DNA of 64,000 nt. Source: Octopus vulgaris. Taxonomy: Eukaryota. This document shows positions 52,396 to 64,000 of this stretch, piece after piece. Below the pieces are notes generated by a model. The model had not been told where the DNA came from. It worked only from the letters and a program-made list of their open reading frames with translations, and did no database searches. Numbering within the stretch: position 1 is the stretch's first letter; the number at the start of each line of letters is the position of its first letter. The DNA lies in NCBI GenBank assembly GCA_951406725.2, contig OX597815.1:119598001-119662000 (forward strand), written 5' to 3'. A program made the translations under genes and the position numbers.

Positions 52396-53989
52396 TTAAA
52401 AAAAAAAAAAGACAACTATGTTATTAAGAAATTAAGAAAATTTAATCTTTAGTATAATTTTAAGAATTCTGAAATTTGAAAAAGCAAATTTTAATATAAA
52501 CATTTTGATGTGATAAGATATAAATCAAAGATAGGGAATTATTCTTTCAAAACAATTGTTTTAAACAAGTGCAGCTTTGAATTTCTATTTCATCTGGTTT
52601 AGTTTCATTCAGTACTTTGACATTTGTTAGTTTAAGAATAACTAACTTCATTGTAGCTATGGGGAAATTTATTGAAAATGTGAAAAAAAGAAACAAGAAA
52701 AAAATGAAAATAATAACTGAAGTGAAAAGAAGTAGAAAATATGATCTAAGAAAGAAACAGGTAAAATATATTTAGGTTGTCATTAAAATCAATTGAAATG
52801 TTTTAAGTACTACATACACACAAAAAGCAGGAGCTTATATCAATATGTTTAAATGAACATTTTCTATTTTAAAGATAATACTAACCATTTACATATGCCA
52901 GGGATATATAACAAGGACTATACCGGCTTACTTTACTATAAACACACAGCAAGCAACAGTCATTTTAAAATGTCATTGCAAAGAATATTTCATTTACCCT
53001 CATTAAATCTAATCTAGTGTCACAAACATAGCAACTATAATAAAGATGCCATCCGTTTAAGAGCATGTTGCAAAATAAGTTATCATAATGACAAAAAAAA
53101 AGAGTAGTGAATTTATTCAAGTTTATGCATCTCTGACGTGCTACTATGAAGAAATAGATGTATTCAATAACTTCCTCTACAAAGACTTACATTTCATACA
53201 ATCTTCAATTAACATTTGTGTGTGTGTGTGCATATGTGAATTTTCATAATTTCCTATATTACACTTTTTCTTGTTTAGTTTTATAGCTAAATTTTATTCA
53301 AAATTTCACAAAATCATTGAAATATTTTAAAATAACTAATTTAGGTAAATTTACAAACTCTAACATTATTTAAAAAAAAGAAAAAAGTTAACTCTATGTT
53401 TGCGGGAACATTTTATATCAGATGTTGAAATAACCCAAATATCTTTACACCACAGGAGAAAATTCTATTTCAATTTTATTTTCTAAAATCAGGAATTCAA
53501 ATCAGACTGCTAAACTTAAGATGTTCTTAATCTAAAATAGAATAAAGGATTTTTTTAAACAAAAATTGAAATTGATAAAAAATTTCATTTTTTTTTTTTC
53601 CTTAAATTCTAATTCAACTTCAAATTTAAATTTCATATTCTGACATTTTATTTAAATTTCAGTTTATAAAAACATTTTTAATGATCTTAAATATAAAATA
53701 TATTATATATAAAACAGGGGTAGTGGTGTCAAATTCAAATTCTTTTTTTTTTTTCCCCCCCTTTTTGTGAAATTATAAACTAATAAAACAAAAATAAAAT
53801 TTCTAAATGACCAAAAACTGAAATTTATTTTTTTTATCATCTCGAATACAAATTAATTCTGATTCATTCTGAGGAATATAATAGCATTAATGAAGACAAC
53901 ATTAACACTTTAAAATATCAGATCACCACAGACAATATCAGACAGATATGCCAGGTTTGGTCCACCCTAGTCTCATAAAACATTTTCAA

Positions 53990-54200
53990 CCCTTTTGATA
54001 CCAGCCCAACTGAGACCGCCCTTGCTCTGTGATACAAACTTCCTGTTTTAAAATGATCTCAAAACCTTCCATCAAAATTTCATGTCAATTAACATCCCAA
54101 TTAATGTTGTTTAATAGCAACAAAGTTATTTCATCATTCTTTATTATTTTCAGAATTAAATGAAACAAACGCAGTATGTTGCAACAGAAATATGGCAACA
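53990..54200 (-). mobile_element. MITE family P2
   Basis: CCCTTTTGATACCAGCCC start; reverse P2 body. Confidence 0.75.
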
Positions 54201-54367
54201 TAAGTGTTCTCAAAACACAACTGTGAAAAAAGTGGATGGATATAAATAAGAAAGAGACATTCTTTTGCATTCTTATTTTTGTTACTGTAATTTTGAATTT
54301 GCAAAAAAATTCTTAGGGATTGTCAATTTTGAAAAAAAAAAAAAAAGAAACCATTGAAAGTTTTACG

Positions 54368-54414
<47 letters not shown>

Positions 54415-55403
54415 GTGTGTTATCTCAGTAATAGTCATTACAAGGGAGATAATCATTTCAAAATATTTGGTGGGATTAAAGATTTGAATTTGAAATTTAA
54501 GGAAAAAGACACATAGAACTTTTTTTACTTATTACAAAGTGCTTGAAACTTCTAGTAAATGTTTATCCGCAGCATTTGTTTCATTCTTTTTAGAAATTTT
54601 CAACATAATATAACCTGGGATTTATGAATTAATCATTATTTTACAAAGAAACTTGTACTTTTGTTTTCTGATTGTTTGAAAGTTAATTAGAAGATAGCCA
54701 AAAATTAACCTATTTGTGAACACATTTTTAATGAAATGCAATTGACTATGGTCTTAATTTAAATAAAATAACTTTCTCCTTATTAAACTGCTGTTTGAAA
54801 CAAAAATGTTTGTCAAAAAACTATGATGAACTGTTTTAATTTAAATATAAATATTTTAAAACGTGTATTTTTGTATCATAAAATCAGTGACAGTCCTGGA
54901 CATAGTGGTACCAAATTATTCTAATTAATCAGACTGAAAAAAACAGCCACTAAATTTTACCTTCATATTTGTTTACTTGCCACTATCATTTGACAATAAA
55001 TGATCAAAACAGGTGAAACTAAATATGGATATTAATATCTAGTTACATCAAGGGAACCAAGAGTTGATACTATGGGGTGAATGTGGTTAGCATTACAAAG
55101 AGAATTCAACCATAAAATTATCACAGAATCTGCATTTGTTCTGGAACTAAAATTTCTCAGTGACAGCAGTGTTGGAAATACCATGAAAATTCAGTCAAGC
55201 TTTAGATATCCTAACCCACAGTGAGAAGTATAGATGATGCAAGTATCAAAAGAATATTTGGAATAATAGAAGCCAAAATATATGTTGGACCAAAATGATA
55301 ATTCTGCAAAACGAGCTACTTTTGGGTACCATAAAACTTTGCATATGTTTTTTTCTAAATATTAAAAGAATACAATTATATTAAAAATTTGAGATTAGTT
55401 TAA

Positions 55404-55590
55404 CCTTTTGGCATTTAAACTAGCCAGATCCAGCCAAAACATTCTCTACTTGTTTTATTTTCAAACTGGCCATATCCAGCCTCTCACACTTACCCTAAAA
55501 TATTACTGAAAATAAACAATCACATCATCAAAATCTCAAAGCTATGAGGAATGCATGACTAATTCAAATCAATGTAACTAAATAAGGTTA
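55404..55590 (-). mobile_element. MITE family P1, partial
   Basis: TTAA|CCTTTTGGCATTTAAAC; CCAGCCTCTCACAC motif. Confidence 0.75.
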
Positions 55591-55927
55591 AATTAAAATT
55601 TTCTTACATGAATATATTTCATTATCATTAGAATATATATCATACTTGTTGACATAAAAGATGCACGAGTTTATTAGATGTACCCTAATATCAGTAGCAC
55701 ATATTCAGGAAAAAGAAAGTTTAGTACATTAAAGCTTATAGGAGGTCCAACATTACATATAGGACCCAGAGTGATTTTTCTTTTATATGCATCCCATACA
55801 ACAGACTATGGCAAAAGTTAAACGAAGGCTTCTGATAATTTAACCCATACTGACACTAACTGTGTACTTTTATCGAAATAAATTCTTAGCCCTTAAAGTA
55901 AGAATGACAGTATTGCTATGTACTTCA

Positions 55928-56136
55928 CCATTTCATTGCCAAATTTCAATGTACTGACTTCTTTCCATTTAATTTTGAAAATGATGAGTTAAATAAAATA
56001 ACTGTCGTTATTAAGCTGATGTCTGGAACATTAACTTGGAGTTTTGATAGAAAGGTATTATTCTGATCACTTCAAAATAAGGAAGCTTTATTTCATAGAA
56101 CCAGGAGCAGTCTTAGATTGGTTGGAATCAAAAGGG
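55928..56136 (+). mobile_element. MITE family P2
   Basis: Ends GGAATCAAAAGGG|TTAA. Confidence 0.72.
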
Positions 56137-57279
56137 TTAAAGTCATTCACATTATTTGAGTCTATCTACTTAGCTAAAATTATTACTGCCCAATCTAGGG
56201 GTAAAACATGTTCAAAATGAAAAATTATATAAATCCATTCAATCCCTACCAAAATGGAAGATCTGTAGATTATTATTATTATTATTAAACGAGTTTATCA
56301 GTAACTCAAATTATTCTAATTAAGCACACAATAAATCAGAATCACATACAATACAATGTTGTAAAACAAGTTTAATACAATTAAACCAAAATCAGTTTTT
56401 ACTCATTTCTGCAATCTCTCCCTAGGATTTCAAGCTAAACAGAAACATTACCATATACGTCAGCTGAATGAAACGAGGGTTCGGAGATTAAGTTATATGC
56501 ATGATTAAATCTGCAATGTATGATTATTGATTGGTTGAAAGCAAGAGCATATCGACAAAGTTAGTTTCATCGGAATTCCTTCACTTTCAATGATACCAGC
56601 TTTAATTGTGAGGAATAATTTTCTTTTTATCTTGTTTATTTTTTAGTAGAGGTGGATGGGGAAACTGATGGTGATCCATATGTTTTAAAAAGAAGGAACA
56701 GCTCCAAAACTGTTGCCTCTATCATCAAGTCTATTTTAACTACTGAAATATATCTACTTCCTTTGCAAAGCCTCCTGACTTAGCTGGTTATATAAAACCC
56801 TTGGTTAGGTTTGATTTTCCATTTTTGTAGTTGACATTTTTATGACATTCAGCAACTGAATGAAGGACTTGTCAAACTGGCTCTGAAAAATTACGCAAGG
56901 TAAACACACACACACACACACACACACACATTACAGATAGGATTCAGCCAGCATCATTTCAGCCTATGACCAAGCAAGTAGTACTAACCTGTTAATATGT
57001 GTGCTTAACAGATGGAGAGCCAAAAATAAATTAGAAAAAGAAAAAAAAAAATCTACAGAAAAACTATGGATCAATGTTAGTGACAAAACTGTGCAAGGTG
57101 GTTCAGAAATAATAGACAGTGTTAACGTCCGTGTAATAAAAATAATGACAATGATAATTTCTTTCATTTGCCACAAGGTCATTGGATGAAGGAGACATTA
57201 CAAAAACTAGCTACATATTGTGGAGGTTTATACATAGTGTGAAGGTTTATACATAGTGTGGAGGTTTATACAAAAACTG

Positions 57280-57660
57280 AAGGAGATTAAAAAGTAAACA
57301 AAGTTTATGAATAAGAGAATATACATTCCTCTTGATACAGAAAAACTTCTAAGGGCAACAAAGGGATCAACTGACCCAAGATCTCGATGATCACCAAGGG
57401 TAAATGCCCATTCCCAACTGTTATTCTCTGGCTCACAGGTGCATACTGAAAGTAGATCCATTCATTCTTAACATTTCCACTACTATCACCTACCTTTTTA
57501 GAAATTCACTGGTAAAGAGCACTTTTCTCTCCACCCTCTCCTTTCCAGGTAGAACTTGAAAATGTCAAAGAGGGTTTTCCTGAAGTAGAAAGTCGTGCTC
57601 TCTGACCTACAGGCACAATCTGAGAATGGAGAGAACCACAAGCCCCTTAAACTAGTTATT
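57280..57660 (-). mobile_element. Probable L1/Tx1-clade LINE 3' end, decayed
   Basis: Frameshifted reading FDIFKFYLERR / RVERKVLFTSEFLKR*VIVVEMLRMNGSTFSMHL* resembles Tx1-type ORF2 C-termini as I recall them; not checked against a database. Confidence 0.45.
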
Positions 57661-58599
57661 TGATGTAATATAACTGATTTAACAAATGAAAGTCAGTTGA
57701 TGGACAGTTCAAATGCTTAAGTAGCAAAAAATACAAGTAGATTTTAATCTAAAATACATTTATATTTGTGAAAATGGTTTACTAATAGTCAAAACCCAGC
57801 TAGTTGCCATCCATTAAAGACAACAGTCTCCATCTCGAGGATAAAGAATTCGAAATGCCCTTGATGTGTAAACCTATTTTCTTTCCCATCACTTTAAGAT
57901 TCCATATGCTCTTTTTCCAAACTGATGTCTCTGAGTCCATTTAGCTCTAAATCTGAAGTTACTAACCACTAACCTATGTTGGGTTGTATATTTTTCGTCA
58001 TGGAAAGACATAACATTCATAACAATAATTTTTTTAATGCAATCTTGTTAAATTGCTAAGAGTGATTAAGTACACATCAAAATATGCTAAGTTGCTGCTG
58101 AAGAATTAATTTACGAAAATTTGCCAAAGCTAACTTATCCAATTTACTACATATTCTAGAAAATTGATTCTGGGGAGTAAGTTTTGTTAATGCAACAAGA
58201 AAAATCAACTTAATAGATTTACCAATGTTTTAGAAAGCTTAACCAATTTAGTACACTGAGATGGATAATATATAGCAAAAATTAATAGCAAGTTGCAATA
58301 AGAATAAGACTGATGGATGAGTGGTTATGATATTAAACTAATCATTTGATGTCGAGAGTTCAAATTCACTGAAGTTGATTCACTGAATTTATTCTACATT
58401 CTCATGAAATCTTTCTAAAACGTGGGCCACATGAGACATGGACTATTGTCAGGCAGGAAGCACCACTAAAAAAAAATTGAAGGTAATTTTTTGTTAGGTA
58501 AGTCATTCAGAAACACCCATGGGCTGCAGGTTGCCCATCACCACTCTAAATTCACCTAACTGCCAGGGATATACACCAAAACTCTCTGGGAATTTTTTT

Positions 58600-58797
58600 T
58601 TTTAGCACACCAAACAAAATGCTTAGTGGCAGTTCACCCATTTTAATGTTCTTAGTTCAAATTCTGCCATGTTTGACTTCGCCTTTCATTCTTTCAGAGT
58701 TAATAAAATAAGTACCAGTTGAGCACTGGGATCAATGTAACTGACTTAGCCCCCTCCTCCAAAATTTCAGACCTTGTACCTATAATAAAAAGGAATA
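58600..58797 (+). mobile_element. SINE family B monomer
   Basis: GTTCAAATTCTGCC...GCCTTTCATTC...AAGTACCAGTT...AAAAGGAATA. Confidence 0.72.
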
Positions 58798-59949
58798 TTA
58801 CCTTTGTTATAAATGAACCAATGAGAGGGTATCAATACAGTAACTTGACCTGCTAAGATTAGTAGGCAAACCTCCTCAAAACACACTACTGTGTGAGTCA
58901 TAGATACAGAATACCTGATGAAAAATTAAGAGACAAGTTGATCATGGTTGGAACACTTTCTATCATAGATTGCTGCTGAAAAATTCATCAACTGAAATTT
59001 GTCTTCACTAACTCATTCAATTTACTATTTATTTTTAAAAATTTATTTTGAAAGATAGGTTTTGTTAACATAAGAAAATATCTACTAAAAAAAGTTAAAT
59101 CAAGAATAGATTTTTACCTATGATTTAGAGAACTTAACCAAATTTACTGAGTTAAGCAGCAACCATAAGATGGTTGATAAAGCAGAAATAAACAACAGAT
59201 CCACTGGATCCTAGGGCTAAGCAAACACAGCAACAACAATAAATAAATTATATTTAAATTTTACAAGGGAAGATTTAACATTCATCTACTTAATGCAATG
59301 AAACTGAAACTAAACAGGTCCTTAATTAACAGCCTCCTTCAAGGTTTAGGAGGCATTTAAATTACAAGTGAGATAATATTGTCAACCTGAAAGATATAAA
59401 TCAGATGACTGTTGTTATATAACTAAACGAATAATAAGGTTTTTTTCATCCTTTCAGTAATATATTTTCACTGCTAATATATGGATGAAATATCTATTTT
59501 ATATTAGGTCTAAAATTTAAAATAATCTGAGCTACAAGAAAAACAAAGTAAATGAAAATCAACAATGAATGAGAATTATCAAATCAATACAATATTTTGG
59601 AGAGTGGTCCTTTATCAGGAACAGAAGGGAGAATGAGGGGAATGGGGGGAAAGACTGTTGATTTCAGTAAGGCAGCATGGTGAATAATAGAATGGAAGTG
59701 AATACAATAGAAGTGTGTAGAATGGTTGTTTATAGCCAAAAGAGCAAGAGCTAGGGGAGATAAGTGACATGAGAATAGGAAAGTGTAAGGAAGTGAATAT
59801 GTTGTGTGTGTGTATGGAACTATGTATAAGCATGTGTATGTGTTCTAAGGATTAAATGTAGAGTGCTGTAGTTTGGGTGTAACCAATAAGTATGACAGTG
59901 TGGGAGGAAGCAAGTGGACAGCACAAGGTTATCAGTATAGGGCTGTGTT

Positions 59950-60770
59950 TTGGAGAGGAAAGTAGTGTTTTTATACATAATTTGATTATGCATCCTAGAC
60001 CACAAAATTAAATGTTGCTCAAAATACAGACAGGAAACAAATCTGTGATGTTGTACAATGTTATGTGGAGCTTGGTGCAGTTCTCTGGTTTGCCAGCTCT
60101 TGTCAAACTGTCCAATCCATACCAGCAAAGAAGACAGCATGATGATGATGAGATGCAAGTTGGTTTGACTTGGAGAAATTAAACGATGGGTCACAAGCCT
60201 GAAAGATCCACAGTAGTATCGGACATTGAAGAACTGTTCTGTGAAACTGTCAGCAAGAACTGGCATTTTATGTGAGAGATGATCTAGGAAGTACAAATGA
60301 AATATTTGATAATACACAAAGATGAATTAGGTCTGTGATGGATGGTGATGTTATGGACAAAGGGACAGTTTGTTGCAGATGAAGCAAACAAAAGATCCAG
60401 ATAAGGTGAAAATGATGAAGGAACTGCACTAGAAGGTGATGTAGAAAGTGGTTCCATCTGCAGATGAAAGAATTCAAGAAAGATGCTGGAAATAATAGAA
60501 GAGGCAGAAGCTCTTTATGTTGGTGCACTGGAGAATTAGGTAGATAAATGGTAGGTGAGAGGAAAGAGGTAGTTGGTGATGAAACGGAGGTATGATAAAT
60601 AGTGTGGATAGTATCAGCAATTGGTTGGGAGTAAACCTGTTATAGGAAATGATATGGCTAAGCACCAAAGTCAGTCTCAGCTATAGAGACCAAAGAATTG
60701 TGAGCTGAGGATAGGGGACTGATGTGAGTGTGGTGGAATGAGAGTCAGTGGGTTTGTAAAAGATGGAACA
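59950..60770 (-). mobile_element. Decayed Penelope-like retroelement (RT linker plus GIY-YIG endonuclease region)
   Basis: Ordered, frameshifted motifs FPLTYH (~60548-60565), SGSFVCFIC / CPFVHN (~60350-60402), LADSFTEQ (60234-60257) and EQHLI (60006-60020); RTE tail inserted at ~60065-60152. Confidence 0.62.
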
Positions 60771-60771
60771 G

Positions 60772-60960
60772 CATCGTCATTTCGCTTTCATTTTCCATGC
60801 TGGCATGAGTTGGACGGCTTGACAGGAACTGGCAAAGCTAAGAGCTGCATCAGGTTCCATAGTCTGTTTTCGCTTGGTTTCTACAGTTGGATGCCCTTCC
60901 TAATGCCAACCACTTCAGAGTGCACTGGATGCTTTTTATGTAGCACCATCACCAGTGCTT
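60772..60960 (-). mobile_element. RTE-type 3' tail fragment
   Basis: TTTTCCATGCTGGCATG, GGATGCCCTTCCTAATGCCAACCAC. Confidence 0.75.
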
Positions 60961-61239
60961 CTATAGAAATGTGAATGAAGTTAATAGAGGTTGTAACTTA
61001 TTGTACATTTGGTAAACTGGTTGACAACTGGCTGAACATCTTAAAGAATACTTGTTGCACATCCAATGCAACATCATTAGCTGAGGTCTATAGCAGCTCA
61101 CTTCAATTCTCTAGACTACACATAAATTCATTTCACCATCTGCAGTAATATACAATACCACAGACTGCCAATATCTCATTTCCCATCATGAACAACAGTT
61201 AATTTTCTGGTTAAAGACACCTAACCCAATTTGGATAAA

Positions 61240-61550
61240 TAACTGGCACTCCATCAGTTATGACGAGTGTTCCAGTTGATTCAATCAATGGAACAAGCTG
61301 CTGGTGAAATTAAAATGCAAGAGGCTGAATATTCCACAAACATGCATAAACGTTAATGTAGTATACAGATATGGAAATAGTTTATTCTCGAACGCAGAGT
61401 ACTGCTGAACATCATGTATAGGATAGATAATCCTTATATTGCAGAAAAATTTGTCAGCGGCCAACCATGAGACTTGGTGATTTACCATGAAGCTAAACTT
61501 AACACTAATGTAGTACAACTCATTTTTGTCAGCTGAGTGGACTGGAGAAA
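61240..61550 (-). mobile_element. SINE family C body fragment
   Basis: Ends in CAACTCATTTTTGTCAGCTGAGTGGACTGGAG, shared with 6145-6172; followed by (AAT)n. Confidence 0.5.
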
Positions 61551-62155
61551 TAATAATAATAATAATAATAATAATGGATTAATAACCTTTCTCTAAAAGA
61601 AAGGGGGGAAAAAAACAATAACCTCACATGTTAAATTGCCCTTATGTGCACTTCTGTGCCTTCTCCATACATGGCCATCTATTACATATGTATCATTATG
61701 CTGTTTACTCCACCCAAGCAGTAGCGCTTTACATCCACGACAAGTCCAGAAACCACATACATCATACATAAACTCATGCATTTCTTGACATCTTCCCCTG
61801 GTCATCTTGCTTTTGTTCACAACCAACACATGCATGACAAGAAATGTCATGAAGCTCAAACATGCTTTCATGGTGGACTACAAACAACCAACACATTTGA
61901 ATAAATAGGTGGGGGATTTACTGATAACCAGAATGCATGTGTCAAGATGAGGGAGAATACAAATTCAGTCACACACACGCACACGATGGGCTTTTCCTTG
62001 TTTTTAACTACAAATTTCAATTACAAGACATTGGTTAACTTGACACCAGCTGACAGTATTCATGCAGTGGGACTGAACCCCTAATTAAATGGTTCTGAAG
62101 CAAGCTTCTTAACCACACAACCATACTTGTACCTTGTTTCAGTCATTTGACTGTG

Positions 62156-62194
<39 letters not shown>

Positions 62195-62197
<3 letters not shown>

Positions 62198-62563
62198 GCA
62201 GGAGTGGCTGTGTGTTAAGTAGCTTGCTTACCAACCACATGGTTCCGGGTTCAGTCCCACTGCGTGGCACCTTGGGCATGTGTCTTCTACTATAGCCTAG
62301 CACCGACCAAAGCCTTGTGAGTGGATTTGGTAGACGGAAACTGAAAGAAGCCCGTCGTATATATGTATATGTATGTGTGTGTCTGTGTTTGTCCCCCCAA
62401 CATCGCTTGACAACCGATGCTGGTGTGTTAACATTCTTGTAACTTAGTGGTTTGGCAAAAGAGACTGATAGAATAAGTACTAGGCTTACAAAGTATAAGT
62501 CGGTGCTCCAGCATGGCCAGTCAAATGACTGAAACAATTAAAAGAGTAAAAAGAGTAAAGAGT
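62195..62563 (+). mobile_element. SINE family A1, young copy with a short internal deletion
   Basis: GGCGCAGGAGTGGCTGTGTG head; lacks the CTGGGGTCGAT block seen at ~1310-1336; (AAAGAGT)n tail. Confidence 0.9.
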
Positions 62564-63375
62564 ATATATATATGGATAAACAATAAGATACGAAATTTCC
62601 TAGTATGTTAAAAAAAAAATCAGAATTGAGGGGTTTTCTTTTTTCAATCTAGCTTTATTAACAGCAATGCAAAAACACTATATCTTTCTAATGTTCTTTT
62701 ACTAATTATGGTAGATGCTAGTTGCACATTGTTGAACCTGGAATTAAATGTTAAGTCATAAATATATTGTTTTCCTTAACTGCTGCCAACCACCTTTAAA
62801 ATAAGATCAAATTGCTAACTATTGTTTCTTTGCACTGAAACTTCACACGGAATAGTTTTTTTTTGCTGGGCTTGCTTTATTTTTTTTATTCACAAATAGT
62901 TTATTTTGTATCTTCCACGATAAAAGATAAATTTGCTCTCGTTTTATAAGCCATTAAATTTATAATGCTTGTGAGACACATCGGCTAAATTGAACAATTT
63001 TCTAATTTCTTACCAAAGTCAACAGGAAAAATAGTCTCAAAAAACATCTTCCGCTCAAATAAATTCATTAATTTGAATGGAGAGACTCAAAGAGACTAAA
63101 ACTGCCAGAGTAGAAATATGAGACAACTTATCATGGCTGGTCTCTTGGAAATTGAAATAGAAAAGAAAGATTACAGCAAATGCTATTAAAGGAATGACAA
63201 TTCTTAACATTATCTACAAGACATCAAATATTGTGGAAGCTTTGGAAGCCGTGTAAGAACCTAAAGCCTTAATTAACCATTCAAGATATATTTTAGTAAT
63301 TTTAAATTCAAATTTCGTTCACTTAGGTAAATATATCCCCTTGCTCTTGTACAATCACAGTAATATAAGGTTTAA

Positions 63376-63589
63376 CCCATTAGTGTTCAGATTACTCTGT
63401 TAAATGTAATCCGTTATCACTCAAATTGTTTTGAATTAATCATGCATTATCTTATAGCTTTGAAGTTTCAATAATGTGATTGTTTATTTTTAGAGTGTAC
63501 ATTAGGTGTGATAGGCTAGATATCGCCAGTTTGAATATAAAACATATAGAATATCTGGGCCAAATATGGCAGGTTTAAACACTAAAGGG
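63376..63589 (+). mobile_element. MITE family P1, complete
   Basis: TTAA|CCCATTAGTGTT ... AACACTAAAGGG|TTAA. Confidence 0.88.
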
Positions 63590-63893
63590 TTAAGCAAAAA
63601 TCTTTATTTTTAACCTTTTGCCAGTCCTATGTGATAAACAGGACATATTTTTTCCCCTGGTATCCCTGCATCATATATGATACATATTCCCAATTTTTTG
63701 CAACCAACAGAATAACTTGGGTCTTATGAAAAGAAGGCTTTAATTACTCAGAAAGTATGAAACAAAGGCTAAGTAAAAATCTGAAAACAAGCATAAACAT
63801 TTAGGATAAACTTAATGAAAATGCTCTGGACAGGCAAAAGGTGAGACAAAATTTGAGTAGGGAGTTCAGAATGCATCACTTTTATACAAATAC

Positions 63894-63998
63894 CAAAGAG
63901 TGCTGATGCTGAGAATAAATAATACCACTTTTTATTTGGGTCTTTTATAGTATCAACCACAGCAGTAGAAACACTCCCACTTAATACTGACATTCCAC
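63894..63998 (-). other. Candidate coding exon, possibly of a membrane (MFS-like) protein
   Basis: Open frame GGMSVLSGSVSTAVVDTIKDPNKKWYYLFSASALF between an AG at the window edge and a GTATTT donor; 105 nt, phase 1-1. The upstream acceptor context lies outside the window. Confidence 0.4.
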
Positions 63999-64000
63999 CT

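Larger units (their letters stand above)
1..64000. other. Non-coding, repeat-rich animal genomic DNA, probably octopus; likely intronic
   Basis: No credible long ORF; dozens of SINE, MITE and LINE fragments; abundant (CA)n/(TA)n/(TATG)n; CpG scarcity. Organism inferred from recalled octopus repeat sequences, not a search. Confidence 0.8.

Noticed and set aside
57222-57272. 19-bp tandem repeat, about 2.7 copies
   Set aside because: Ordinary local duplication with no further structure.

Overview
AT-rich, CpG-depleted, repeat-dense eukaryotic DNA with no long or convincing ORF. The repeat families look like those I recall from octopus (coleoid cephalopod) genomes; this organism call is pattern recognition, not a database result. 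The window is probably intronic sequence of a large minus-strand gene. It is filled with three or four tRNA-derived SINE families, RTE-LINE 3' ends with (GAT)n tails, two TTAA/piggyBac-type MITE families, hAT-type MITEs with 8-bp TSDs, two rolling-circle-type non-autonomous elements, a decayed Penelope-like element, a probable L1/Tx1 3' end and many microsatellites. Nearly all ORF-track entries are repeat or microsatellite artefacts. A few unique-sequence segments could be exons (63894-63998, 15777-15902, 7419-7660) but none is proven. I found no evidence of a new multi-gene biological system. The best leads are TE-biology details: two RTE copies truncated at the same point, SINE head/tail swapping around a conserved stem-loop, a hammerhead-like motif, nested inverted MITEs, and CpG decay suggesting gene-body methylation. 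Family labels A1, A2, B, C, P1 and P2 are my own working names. Boundaries of degenerate copies are approximate.
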